From: a virus
Taxonomy: Duplodnaviria > Caudoviricetes
Reading direction: 5' to 3' (one strand)
Length of the DNA: 59,850 nt
IMG/VR virus record: IMGVR_UViG_3300030098_002885
Coordinates: 1 to 59,850 of that record
The notes under the pieces are model-generated. The model saw only the letters and a program-made list of their open reading frames with translations. It ran no database searches and was not told the origin of the DNA. Every line of letters starts with the position of its first letter. Position 1 is the first letter of the stretch. The position numbers and the translations under genes were made by a program. Shown here piece by piece: positions 38,101-45,702 of the stretch.

Positions 38101-38249
38101 CAGACGTTACGATCTCCACTCCTCAAAATGGACAGGTCTTGAAGTATGATGGCTCTGGATGGGTCAATGGAACGGATGCCGACAGTGGCGGTGGCGGCGG
38201 CGGTATTACAACTGGCAAAGCCATAGCGATGGCTATGGTCTTTGGATAA
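32127..38249 (+). CDS. Long tail fibre / receptor-binding protein
   Basis: YVATGGQTTF, GDQYFNT, many L-x-D-L-x-D-V...L-x-W-D-G-S-x-W repeats, N-x-x-x-G-x-x-A/S beta-roll repeats, LPSSDGSANQVLQTNGSG; ends GITTGKAIAMAMVFG. Confidence 0.88.
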   Translation: MAIKTTRYGVGDEINKPIVPPLEQGKTFSFPYKATDNQNSMSTEAGVHLLIIEGGRLLFTNDSGTWEPTFGATEITITWNHREKRLDYKDEAVFIFNAFTKQSEGMSHYRYVATGGQTTFSGADADGNTLSYSVADAVQVFQNGSYVPQTDYTATSLTSIVLDTGASASDTITVWALQTLVDQTELVSAINSTSASATSATTSATNASNDADDAEKWANHTFNTLFTLSDGVTTGYSAKSRAVDAERFAEFTIGQTFAATGENTSTHYSAKHYANDAANSASSASTSATSTTNSAAAAAASATAAQNALDSFEAIYLGASATDPTTDSNGDPLTVGDQYFNTSNNTLYVYNGSSWQTAGTPYSLAGLSDVDNSMSPSSGQVLQYDGSDWDAATLNLTTTLASLTDTNLTSIQDDQVLQYDNASSQWKNATLNLTTTLASLTDTNISGIQDDHILRYDSASGEWKNEIPGYLTSSNPLASLSDVAMYSGQSSGDVLAWDGSQWDATSGYLTSISSQSIEDLNDVASMTPSNGDVLTWDGSQWGAESGLTSGSSIEDLADVATMNKGANDLLYWDGSEWSNSQNPGSFLTSISGSSIKDLSDVNSSMSPSTNNLLKWSGSEWTADSSTYLTNSSSIEDLTDVGSFSPSMGDLLKWNGSEWNIGNTSLAELTDTNISSPQANQFIRYDSANSNWRNEDVTIPSTMTDLSDVNNSMSPSSGDVLTYSGSEWNSSGDFLTGNDSIENLNDVAAMTPSTGDHLYYNGSQWTNDSTVLTTSDNLDDLNNVQNSMAPSTGDHLYWDGSQWNKSTTTLTTTSPLNSLTDVNAGSPNNGDNLSWDGSAWVPVSSSGTLAGLTDTSISSPSTGQGLEFNGSSWVNSSSFLVSTSNWSALSNVDSSTDTASAGEGIRFNGSYWIAGYPEKSEINEDSSTSSTGNILWTTATSSTDESLYISNTYLAWNANAKEFTLGSGGKFIAPHIDIAHAEIDQLNNFNIPTSGGSSGQFLKTDGGSPVSNVTWSKGTIQITNNTTDSSDQPVLWSTQTGDVDEIFHSSGNLTYNAQYNTLKLGSGMIEAASINYPNGNLSIEGMDWPSSAGNSGEFLQTDGSTSLTWASAGGITVTDDVSGNSDRSLLWASGTGSQNTIYTSSGELTYNPYYNTMNLYSGTLNVQHIEYDSGNLSIEGMEWPSGAGSNGQVLTTDGSTTLSWTSVSSGGASAIDGLSDAKSGGTGFGSSLKLGDSGTGTLNNAYYNVFVGIDSGTDITEGDHNTAVGYSSLNYVTTGYENTSLGSYSGGNILGGYCNVTVGYYAGYNLNSGYENILIGKNAGKDIQTGYDNTIIGNYSGSSSLTGEVWIGAAGSERIKINSSGEMTVNASFTLPSSDGSANQVLQTNGSGTVSWATAGGGASSLNDLSDVVFDTTNFSNSLMLGDTPSGTLNNADYNTFVGFGTGLNVTSGTYNAALGKGSLLNLTSGDNNVAMGQEALSTIQTTDENTAIGKHSMRATNGTYNTGLGADSGFRHVGDGATYIGHSAGLQMYTGDYNTYVGYKAGYGGALWTATGDYNIALGVEALEGVTSGTGNIAVGYQAGDNITSADYNTIIGYDLDPDSATTGGEVVIGTNTRRIHIDNSGGVQFNSAFRFPTADGTSNQVLQTNGSGAVSWATVSGGGGGGASDLDDLSDVKKGGTDFTDSMMIGATSTGTLSSASDNLFIGTSGAGDALTSGTYNIGIGNFSLSSVQDGASNIGVGYSAGHSNNESYGIFIGHQAAQYVTGASPTIIGYHAARGVSGQTTAAYTTAIGFEAGYGVTTAQFGVHLGHRAGKSVTTGGYSVNLGAFAGQDTSTGDSNTNIGYEAGRHGNNIGNVYIGRLSGHGVSSVTGANYNVGVGYNTLTAITSGEGNVCIGKDAGDSITSADNNTIIGTGMDPDSATAGGEIVIGTDTRRIHVDNTGAVQFNSAFRFPAADGSANQVLETDGSGTLSWATVSGGGGSSTLSGLTDVTISTPQNGQVLKYDGSGWVNGTDADSGGGGGGITTGKAIAMAMVFG
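33200..34860 (+). repeat. Tandem ~35-40 aa LxDLxDV/WDGSxW repeats in the fibre shaft
   Basis: About 14 consecutive degenerate units visible in the translation. Confidence 0.8.
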
Positions 38250-38260
38250 GGAATTAAGTT

Positions 38261-38644
38261 ATGGCAAACCCTAACATAGTTGGTGTCACAAGTATTTATG
38301 GAAAGACGGCGGCGGCTACGAATATCGCTACAACGGGAACCGATATTGTAACGTGCGCGGCAAATAAAATCCTCAAGATCAATTCTCTTGTGGTCACCAA
38401 TGTAGACTCAAACGATTCTGGCCCCACCGATATTTCAGTGGCGGTGATTGGGGATGGTACGAACATGGCTAACGCTAGCCACTACCTAGCGAGAAACATC
38501 GTTGTCCCTGATAGCACCTCGTTGGTCCTTATCTCTAAGGACACATCAATCTACCTACTAGAAGGAGACAAGTTACAGCTAACCTCTAATGTGAACAGTG
38601 ATCTGGCTGGCTTCGTTTCTTACGAAGAAATTGACGATGCTTAA
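38261..38644 (+). CDS. Small tail-fibre-associated structural protein
   Basis: MANPNIVGVTSIYGKT...YLLEGDKL..VSYEEI, a type usually found after fibres ending in AIAMAMVFG. Confidence 0.7.
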   Translation: MANPNIVGVTSIYGKTAAATNIATTGTDIVTCAANKILKINSLVVTNVDSNDSGPTDISVAVIGDGTNMANASHYLARNIVVPDSTSLVLISKDTSIYLLEGDKLQLTSNVNSDLAGFVSYEEIDDA

Positions 38645-38646
38645 TA

Positions 38647-39780
38647 ATGGCGTTCAACTATTTTGATAACCATTCCATCGTAGGGGACAGGAAACAAGAT
38701 CGCGGCAAGGGCCTCAGTGATCTTGAGAGCAATCGTATTGATTCAGCACCCCATGTGAGTATTCACATAGAGGCTCCCTCTACTCCTAGCCAAACTGCGG
38801 GAACAATGACTGTAACTAATACAGCCGCTTATCCCCCCGTCGCTCTGTCAGGAACCTATGCTGGCTACTACAGTTTTGAGATTCCCTCCGGGGGTGACTA
38901 TGTGCTGTATGCCTGTGGGTCCATGGGGGGAGACATCACCTCGGGTAGTTATGCTAGCCATAATGCACACGGTTTCGGATATCAAAAATGTTACGAGTAC
39001 ACCTTCGACGGGGGCGAAACTATCTATATGATGGCGGGGCAAAGTGGGGGGATGCCTAGTGATAACACAGGTGCTGGAGGTGGAGGTATGTCTGCCATAG
39101 CTTTAAGTACTGGGTCAGACCCTTCTTCCTGTACCGCCTTACTCGTTGGGGGAGGTGGAGGAGGAGATGTTCGATCAGGGCTTCACACCAACTCCTTCGA
39201 TATTGATTGGCAGAGTGGGAACGATGGGGAGAAAGGGCATAACGGGTGCGCTGGCCCGGCAGGACTGAATATTGGAGCTTCTAACGCCGAGAACACCTAC
39301 CAGTCTGTAGGGAACGGATGCACTATGAATAACAACACTTGGTATGTTAACCAAGGCTCAAACAGATATCACCGTTTTGCCGGGTGGCATGGAGGTGGTT
39401 TCAACACTAGTGGGGGTGGTTCGTCAGCCCGTTCTGGCGGCTCCGCTGGCGCGGGATTCAAGCAAGGTTGTGTGGGGGGACAAGCGACAGGAACTGCTGG
39501 CTTCGGAGGTTTTGGAGGAGGCGGTTCATCTTCCACGAACTGTGGTTATGGCGGCGGGGCGGGGGGCTATACAGGCGGTATGAGTGGGGGCTACTCCAAT
39601 GGATGTGGAGGTGCTGGCGGCGGCGGTGGCTCTTACCACGCACCTAACATGACTGTCATCAATACCTATGATGGAAGACCCACTTCAAAATTACCGGGAT
39701 GTGTAGGGATTATAGCAAAGCCCTTCTTTCTGGTGGGGAGCGGCACTTACCCGAATAGTGATCTCCCAAGGGGGCTATAA
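38647..39780 (+). CDS. Glycine-rich tail/receptor-binding protein
   Basis: GGFGGGG and GGYTGG...GGGGGSY polyglycine pattern. Confidence 0.7.
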   Translation: MAFNYFDNHSIVGDRKQDRGKGLSDLESNRIDSAPHVSIHIEAPSTPSQTAGTMTVTNTAAYPPVALSGTYAGYYSFEIPSGGDYVLYACGSMGGDITSGSYASHNAHGFGYQKCYEYTFDGGETIYMMAGQSGGMPSDNTGAGGGGMSAIALSTGSDPSSCTALLVGGGGGGDVRSGLHTNSFDIDWQSGNDGEKGHNGCAGPAGLNIGASNAENTYQSVGNGCTMNNNTWYVNQGSNRYHRFAGWHGGGFNTSGGGSSARSGGSAGAGFKQGCVGGQATGTAGFGGFGGGGSSSTNCGYGGGAGGYTGGMSGGYSNGCGGAGGGGGSYHAPNMTVINTYDGRPTSKLPGCVGIIAKPFFLVGSGTYPNSDLPRGL

Positions 39781-40946
39781 TGAGAAGGAACGGTGGGTTC
39801 ATAAGAGAGAATAGATACGCCACTTCCCAGTGGGACGGTGAATTTAGTGGTATCTATGATACCCATGATCAGTTTCACGCCAAAGAGGAGGGTCAATGGC
39901 CCGCGATTCCTACATACGCAATAGCGACAGTCGGTAATGTGACGAGCGTCACAGAGGGTAACACGATCCAGTGGACCTTGACCTGTACTGGGGTGAAAAA
40001 TGACACTTGGGTTTACTGGACCATAGGCACAATATCAGGACCCACGATGGACCTAGCCGACTTTGACGGAGAAAACCTGATGGCGGCTCTTAATGGGTGG
40101 GAAGATAATCCAACCCAGACCGTGACAAGAACCGTTACAGCGGAACAAAATCCGGGAGATGCAGAGAGTAACAGCTTCCGAGTTTATATGAGGGTAGGGG
40201 GTTATGGTGGTACGGTAGTCGATCAGACACCTACGATAACCGTAGTCGATGCTATCGCATATGGGACGGACATAAGCTCCAGCTTCTACGAAATTTCTAA
40301 TAGGTTTATAAATTCCCAGACATACATGGGAAACAGTTCAGACTATAACGGCCCTTATGATGTTGGTGAAATACAACAATCAGCGTCAGGGACCAAACGA
40401 ATTTACCTTGGTGTGAAGGTGACTGCCTCTACAACGTACTACAATGATCTACCTATCGCTGGGGTCCAACATCTTAACTCATCCAATGTAGTTCAAAACA
40501 CATGGATTTTTAATGGCAGTTCCAGCACTTGGACAACCACAACAAGTCAAGTGACGGGGACTTCTACTGTAGGGATTGGAGGAGGTTCCTATACACCTTC
40601 TCAAGCCGCCAGCCTCACTTATAGTTCAATTTCCACAAGCGTTGGGACCACAAAATTTGGCCTCAGAAACAGCACAGGCTCTTGGTACACAGGGGCCGAC
40701 AATGGCATCACAAATATTACGACTGCTTGGACAGTGGGTAATGGAACGCTGAACCAGACCGCAACAAATAATTACTTATACCGAGAAACAAGTGGCTCCA
40801 CTAGATGGTCTACGGTGTTCTGTCGCAGTCCCACATTCTCAATAACTTCTGGCGATAGGATTAGGGTGGCCCACGCATTAACAGGTCCAACGAGTATGGC
40901 TTCAACTTATGATGATGATGATAGTCTTTGGATAGGGGTCTACTAG
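39780..40946 (+). CDS. Tail-fibre-tip-associated protein
   Basis: MRRNGGFI...SGIY...QWP N-terminal motif, Ig/Calx-like SVTEG segment, Thr/Ser-rich. Confidence 0.65.
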   Translation: MRRNGGFIRENRYATSQWDGEFSGIYDTHDQFHAKEEGQWPAIPTYAIATVGNVTSVTEGNTIQWTLTCTGVKNDTWVYWTIGTISGPTMDLADFDGENLMAALNGWEDNPTQTVTRTVTAEQNPGDAESNSFRVYMRVGGYGGTVVDQTPTITVVDAIAYGTDISSSFYEISNRFINSQTYMGNSSDYNGPYDVGEIQQSASGTKRIYLGVKVTASTTYYNDLPIAGVQHLNSSNVVQNTWIFNGSSSTWTTTTSQVTGTSTVGIGGGSYTPSQAASLTYSSISTSVGTTKFGLRNSTGSWYTGADNGITNITTAWTVGNGTLNQTATNNYLYRETSGSTRWSTVFCRSPTFSITSGDRIRVAHALTGPTSMASTYDDDDSLWIGVY

Positions 40947-40947
40947 C

Positions 40948-41244
40948 ATGAGATGGTCCTTACGCAATCAAGAACCTATAGATGAGTTACCTGACAGGAT
41001 CATCTTGTCTAACGGGGACACTCGACCAAGCTCTTCAGCTACAGCAGAGCAAATAGAAGATGCAGGGTGGAAAGAAGTTTTTGCTACCCACAATGATGAA
41101 ACGCATAGAGCAGAGTGGCGGGTAGGCCCTGATGGAGAATATGAGTGGTGTTACATAGAACTTACAGATACGGAGAAATATACGATCCGTCCTGACCTAG
41201 CACCTGACGCAGAGGAGGGAACGGATGTCGATAGTATCGAATAA
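40948..41244 (+). CDS. Small fibre-associated/assembly protein
   Basis: LPDRIILSNGDTR...IEDAGW pattern; follows the fibre genes. Confidence 0.55.
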   Translation: MRWSLRNQEPIDELPDRIILSNGDTRPSSSATAEQIEDAGWKEVFATHNDETHRAEWRVGPDGEYEWCYIELTDTEKYTIRPDLAPDAEEGTDVDSIE

Positions 41245-41270
41245 TTGTGATCTATGTGTGATGGTCATCG

Positions 41271-41432
41271 TTGCGAAAAGTAGGTAAAGTCTGGTATCCA
41301 AACACAAGGGAAGGTGAGCGGAAAGCACAAGAAGCCTTAAAGAATTTAAGACGAGCGCAGTCGAGCGAAAGGTTGAAGCATAGATTACTACGGCGCGGTG
41401 CGCCAAAGAAGAGAGATGAGCCATGGTGGTAG
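41271..41432 (+). CDS. Possible 53-aa basic protein (not in ORF track)
   Basis: TTG-start ORF LRKVGKVWYP...DEPWW fills the gap and overlaps the next start; weak RBS. Confidence 0.3.
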   Translation: MRKVGKVWYPNTREGERKAQEALKNLRRAQSSERLKHRLLRRGAPKKRDEPWW

Positions 41433-41983
41433 AAGTGATTGCTGGTATAGCCTTAATGAAACAAGGCGTAACCGCTATCAAAGACCTGATACATACAGCA
41501 GAGGATGTGAATGATATTACACATCATCTGACTGATATCCTCCGTGGGCATGAAGATGTTCAAAAGAAGTTTCACCATGCCAAGAGTAAACCTCTAACTA
41601 AATGGCAACTCTATTTTAAACAGACTATTGGTCGAAACACAGAGGATGAGGCCCACGATTCTTTAGCCGCCATAGCCGCAGAGGTGATGGAAAAACGACA
41701 GGCAGAGAGGGTATTACAGCAAGTAGAAAGGGCTGTGAATCGGCGTTTCCCCGGAGCTTGGGATGAGGTACAAGACTTATATAAACAGAGAAAAGAAGAA
41801 GCTAGACAAGCAGAAATAAAAGCCAAGCAAATGGCTAAGTTAAAAGCAGAACAAGAGAAAGAATTTTGGGACCATGTACTACACTGGATTCTTGAAGGTT
41901 TAAAATTAATATTAGTAATAGGTGGTGCAATACTAATGTTTTATTTAATTTGGATTAACCGTTGCACCTCTGGGACTTGTTAA
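41423..41983 (+). CDS. Coiled-coil protein with C-terminal TM helix
   Basis: 186 aa; C-terminal LILVIGGAILMFYLIWI. Confidence 0.7.
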   Translation: MVVEVIAGIALMKQGVTAIKDLIHTAEDVNDITHHLTDILRGHEDVQKKFHHAKSKPLTKWQLYFKQTIGRNTEDEAHDSLAAIAAEVMEKRQAERVLQQVERAVNRRFPGAWDEVQDLYKQRKEEARQAEIKAKQMAKLKAEQEKEFWDHVLHWILEGLKLILVIGGAILMFYLIWINRCTSGTC

Positions 41984-42361
41984 ATGTTGGAAGACCCTAG
42001 AACACTTTTTCAATTAGGCACAATCCTAGTTACTTTAGCAGGGGGCTGGGCTATGATCAGAGCTTCTCTAGGAACCGCGCAACGAGATTTGCGTAACCTT
42101 GAGGCCACCTTTAAGGAAAACATCAATGATCTGCACACCCGTGTAGACACTATTGAACAAGACAAAGGTGTGTTAATAAGACAGGCTGAGATTTTTGGGA
42201 CCATCCTAAGTCCTAAAGAATTACAGATTGCTAACCGTGAGATGGGAGCATTGTTGAATAGGGTACAGCAGTTAGAAGCTGACTTAAAATCCCACAAAGA
42301 TTTATATGACAGGTCACATAACAACGCACATAAGTATATAGCACCGCCAAAAGGAACCTGA
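41984..42361 (+). CDS. N-terminal TM plus coiled-coil protein (lysis region)
   Basis: LGTILVTLAGGWAMI followed by a heptad region. Confidence 0.65.
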   Translation: MLEDPRTLFQLGTILVTLAGGWAMIRASLGTAQRDLRNLEATFKENINDLHTRVDTIEQDKGVLIRQAEIFGTILSPKELQIANREMGALLNRVQQLEADLKSHKDLYDRSHNNAHKYIAPPKGT

Positions 42362-42364
42362 TTA

Positions 42365-42538
42365 ATGAATAAGACCACTATGGACATTGGGATAGGAGCA
42401 GGGGCAATAGCTACTCCAGCATGGTTGACCACGGCTACAGGCGTGGGAGAGCTTATCATCGTTGGCCTTGGTATAGCGTTGGTAGCGGTTAGATTAATGA
42501 TTTCCCTCCGAGAGTGGAAATCTACCTCAAAGGATTGA
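42365..42538 (+). CDS. Holin-like 57-aa membrane protein (not in ORF track)
   Basis: MNKTTMDIGIGAGAIATPAWL...LIIVGLGIALVAVRL...REWKSTSKD; two hydrophobic segments and a charged tail; just upstream of the amidase. Confidence 0.6.
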   Translation: MNKTTMDIGIGAGAIATPAWLTTATGVGELIIVGLGIALVAVRLMISLREWKSTSKD

Positions 42539-42563
42539 AATTGTGTAGACATGAATCTATACT
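42535..42563 (+). promoter_or_regulatory. Sigma70-like promoter TTGAAA-N17-TATACT upstream of the endolysin operon
   Basis: Exact spacing; overlapped by TAGACA motifs. Confidence 0.55.
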
Positions 42564-42581
42564 TAGACACTGTCTAGAATT

Positions 42582-42797
42582 ATGTGGACAACAATAGTTT
42601 TTGTACTCTTGTTCCCCGGAACTGCGTGGCCTCTTGAAGATCGAAGGGGTCCGTATCAAACGAAAGAAGAATGTTTCATGCGGGGTGCAGAACTTATAAG
42701 GGATATATCGTTGGAGCTTCCTATAATCAAAGCGGAAGTTTCTTGTGAGAAAGATAGAGATAAAGAATGGCTAGGCGCAGATCAACCGATTATATAG
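42582..42797 (+). CDS. Small two-Cys protein with hydrophobic N-terminus (copy 3)
   Basis: Hydrophobic start, YQTKEEC, later EVSC. Confidence 0.65.
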   Translation: MWTTIVFVLLFPGTAWPLEDRRGPYQTKEECFMRGAELIRDISLELPIIKAEVSCEKDRDKEWLGADQPII

Positions 42798-43207
42798 TAA
42801 TTCATTGTTCCGATACTTACGAGACAATGGACATTGATGCGGCTACCATTAGGAGGTGGCACGTTGAGGAGCGGGGCTGGTCAGATATTGGTTACCATAA
42901 AGTTATTCTCCGGGATGGTACGATAGAACAAGGTCGCCCAGACACAGACAGTGGCGCACATGCAAAGAATTATAACTCTAAAAGTATAGCTGTCTGTATG
43001 GTAGGGGGGCGAGGTGATGACGACCAAGCTGAAGACAACTTTACCGATGCTCAATGGCAATCCCTTCAAGAGATAGTCATAGACTTACGAACACGCTGGC
43101 CTAATGCTACTGTCTTAGGGCATCGTGATCTAGATGGGGTCACGAAAGAATGTCCCTCTTTTGATGTGGCTTCTAAAATTAGCCAATGGGAAACCTCTCG
43201 TTGGTAA
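42767..43207 (+). CDS. Endolysin, N-acetylmuramoyl-L-alanine amidase (T7 lysozyme-like)
   Basis: IVIHCS, RGWSDIGYH, GAHAKNYN, GHRDL and KECPSFDV zinc-amidase motifs. Confidence 0.95.
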   Translation: MARRRSTDYIVIHCSDTYETMDIDAATIRRWHVEERGWSDIGYHKVILRDGTIEQGRPDTDSGAHAKNYNSKSIAVCMVGGRGDDDQAEDNFTDAQWQSLQEIVIDLRTRWPNATVLGHRDLDGVTKECPSFDVASKISQWETSRW

Positions 43208-43245
43208 TAGGCATGTTACTTGTTAGAGCAATGGAGTTTAGTCCT

Positions 43246-43359
43246 ATGGCATACGGAAAAAAGAAATCTTCAAAGTCACATGGTATGAAGCCGAAGTCTG
43301 ACGGAAAGAAAGACGGCATGACACCTAAAGCTAAGAAGAAAAAGAAGAAGGCTTATTAG
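43246..43359 (+). CDS. 37-aa lysine-rich miniprotein (not in ORF track)
   Basis: MAYGKKKSSKSHGMKPKSDGKKDGMTPKAKKKKKKAY with upstream GGAG; stop lies 2 nt before the next ATG. Confidence 0.65.
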   Translation: MAYGKKKSSKSHGMKPKSDGKKDGMTPKAKKKKKKAY

Positions 43360-43361
43360 AG

Positions 43362-44759
43362 ATGGTAAACCTTGATGCCGCTAAGTGGTTAGGTTCAGCA
43401 TTTTGGAACGCCGCAACTCCCGATGCGATGAACATAAAACAGTTCACGCAAGACGATCTGTCCCAAGGCTCTCAAGACCTACTAAGAGATTATCTAGAAC
43501 ATTCCTACGATGTAAAGCGTGGAGGGAAACAAGGCTTTACCTACGGTGATATGAGTAAATGGTCAGGGAAACAGAGCAAGTTTGCCGATCCTGACCAAAG
43601 TCACTTCGATAATCTAAGTGGGATAAAGAATACTTTAGGACAGTTCCAAGCTGTCCGTAACCCAGACGGTAGCTTCTCTATAACAGATAGCTATGACTTT
43701 AATAAGCAAGATGAGTATGGTCGAAAGATGGATAGATGGATGGACTGGGGCGATGTTGCCGCCCGTCTTAATCCGTTTGAGACCGATAAAAGAATTACCC
43801 ATACTCCCGGAGGTAAGGAGCGCAGTATCCTACCTTGGGACGGGGACTTGTCGAACAGCAGATTATACGGTGCAGTTAGAACGCTTGGGCAAATGTCTGT
43901 CCCAGACAGACCGGGCGAGGTTAATAAGATTGGAGTAAACATAAGACTTCCGGGACGGAAGACTGTGGCAGAGCCTATTAACTCGGCTGTTAATCCTGAG
44001 TTAACTAATGTTCCAGACAAACCTATATGGCAACGTATGGGAGAGTTTCTGATGCCGTCAGCCCAAGCCGCTGAAAGGGCAGAGGTGGTGCGACAGCCAA
44101 ACGATGTGTTTACCCAGAAGCTAGAGACTGAGGGATGGCAAGGCGCAACAGTGTTATCTCCAGATGAAGAGTCTCAGTTTAGACAGTGGTTCTTGAATTC
44201 CCCTTTCCATCAAGAGTATCAAAACAGACATGGGCGACCTCCTAATATGGATGATCCAGACTACGATTATCGCGGTCTGTGGAAATCTTATGGCCCACAA
44301 GATGCGTTTAGTAAGGTCGAAGAAGCAGACGGACAATCCTATTACCACGGATATAGCCGCGCTCCTGATGGGGGTAAGTGGTTGAAAAATCCTAGCACCA
44401 ACCCCACAGCGTGGATGGAGGTTGCTATGTCAGGACTGAATCGTGATTTCTTACGAAGTAAGTATGGGATATTCAATGACGCACAACTGCATGATGCGAT
44501 CTCTAAAGCTAATACGCCACAAGGCCGTGCGGAATGGGCGAAGATTTACCAACAGAGCCAAGATTATGACGCAAATCAACAGGCTCAAAAGGTGGCGAAG
44601 GAGACCGCGCCAGTCACACAGACGGCAGGAGCCGAGCCAAACTTTGACAAACTATCTTTTGGACAAGCATTTAGACAAGCAATGAAGAACCCTGATATTG
44701 TTAAGAAGGGTAGGTTCATGTGGCGAGGAAGACCTTACGCCGCTAAATACGCTGGATAA
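43362..44759 (+). CDS. Multi-domain hypothetical protein
   Basis: 465 aa; ITDSYDFN, DYDYRG and C-terminal SFGQAF...FMWRGRPY segments separated by linkers. Confidence 0.7.
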   Translation: MVNLDAAKWLGSAFWNAATPDAMNIKQFTQDDLSQGSQDLLRDYLEHSYDVKRGGKQGFTYGDMSKWSGKQSKFADPDQSHFDNLSGIKNTLGQFQAVRNPDGSFSITDSYDFNKQDEYGRKMDRWMDWGDVAARLNPFETDKRITHTPGGKERSILPWDGDLSNSRLYGAVRTLGQMSVPDRPGEVNKIGVNIRLPGRKTVAEPINSAVNPELTNVPDKPIWQRMGEFLMPSAQAAERAEVVRQPNDVFTQKLETEGWQGATVLSPDEESQFRQWFLNSPFHQEYQNRHGRPPNMDDPDYDYRGLWKSYGPQDAFSKVEEADGQSYYHGYSRAPDGGKWLKNPSTNPTAWMEVAMSGLNRDFLRSKYGIFNDAQLHDAISKANTPQGRAEWAKIYQQSQDYDANQQAQKVAKETAPVTQTAGAEPNFDKLSFGQAFRQAMKNPDIVKKGRFMWRGRPYAAKYAG

Positions 44760-44773
44760 CAAGGACAAAAACT

Positions 44774-45046
44774 ATGTGGAATCAAATGTCGAAATGGTTA
44801 GGGTCCCAACAAGTGTCCCCTTTCTTTGGTGATGGACCTCCTATGGGACCATCCGCCGATGCTTTCCTTGAGACTGTTCCTCCGAAATGGAGAACTCCTC
44901 CTATGATGCCGATGCCCGACTTCGGTGCGCCCCCCACCCCTACTCCTATGCCAGAGTATAATTTAGATAGTCCCGAATTCATGCAGATGTTGATGGACGC
45001 TCTTAAACGGCAAAACATGGGACAGTTTAAAGAGACCCCTTATTAA
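44774..45046 (+). CDS. Pro/Met-rich hypothetical protein
   Basis: AAGGA RBS; stop overlaps the holin start. Confidence 0.55.
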   Translation: MWNQMSKWLGSQQVSPFFGDGPPMGPSADAFLETVPPKWRTPPMMPMPDFGAPPTPTPMPEYNLDSPEFMQMLMDALKRQNMGQFKETPY

Positions 45047-45456
45047 TGTTTGGGCTGGCGGAAAGCGTAGTCGGTGTAGCTGGTAAAGTCCTAGATAAAT
45101 TTGTTGAGGACAAAGACCTCAAGACCAAGATCGAAGGCGAACTTAAAGGCCAGATGATCCAACTGGATTTGGCTCAAGCTCAAGCAAACGTCGAGGCCGC
45201 TAAACATCCTAGCCTGTTTGTGAGCGGAGCTAGACCAGCCATCTTATGGATATGTGCCTTTGGTCTGGGATGGCAGTTCGTGTTCCAGCCTGTCTTTGTA
45301 TGGGTTCTTGCTGTATCGGGAAGCGATATGGCTATACCCATAATCCCGACTGAGGGTCTAATGTCTCTGACACTCAGTCTTTTGGGATTAGGGGCAATGA
45401 GATCAGCGGAGAAGTTTAAGGGTAAGGCCAGAGAGAATATGCGGCGAACCCAATAA
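45046..45456 (+). CDS. GTA-type 3-TM holin family protein
   Basis: GKVLDKFVEDKD, EAAKHPSLFVSGARPAILWIC and LLGLGAMRSAEKFKG family signature. Confidence 0.85.
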   Translation: MFGLAESVVGVAGKVLDKFVEDKDLKTKIEGELKGQMIQLDLAQAQANVEAAKHPSLFVSGARPAILWICAFGLGWQFVFQPVFVWVLAVSGSDMAIPIIPTEGLMSLTLSLLGLGAMRSAEKFKGKARENMRRTQ

Positions 45457-45459
45457 GAA

Positions 45460-45702
45460 ATGGTATATATCCTAGTCTACTCTTGGCTCACTACATATCC
45501 TTTAGATGCCCATGTAAGAGTGATTGCGGCATTTGAAAGGAAAGAACATTGTGAGGTAATGAGAGAGGAAGTGACACATAAGAACGATCACTATTCGTGT
45601 ATTGCCTCAAGCCTAGAATATAAGCCCATGCTTTCAGAGATAGAGAACTTTCATCTGTTAGCCAAGGACAACAAACATCTAACCTTACCCGTCCCTAAAT
45701 AA
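45460..45702 (+). CDS. Small two-Cys protein with hydrophobic N-terminus (copy 4)
   Basis: MVYILV start, FERKEHC, later HYSC. Confidence 0.6.
   Translation: MVYILVYSWLTTYPLDAHVRVIAAFERKEHCEVMREEVTHKNDHYSCIASSLEYKPMLSEIENFHLLAKDNKHLTLPVPK

Noticed and set aside
35800-39650. Gly-rich repeats as RTX nonapeptides (HlyC substrate toxin)
   Set aside because: No GGxGxDxL repeats; these are fibre beta-roll and polyglycine motifs.
42010-42570. 186-aa minus-strand ORF
   Set aside because: Antisense to two plausible plus-strand membrane-protein genes.
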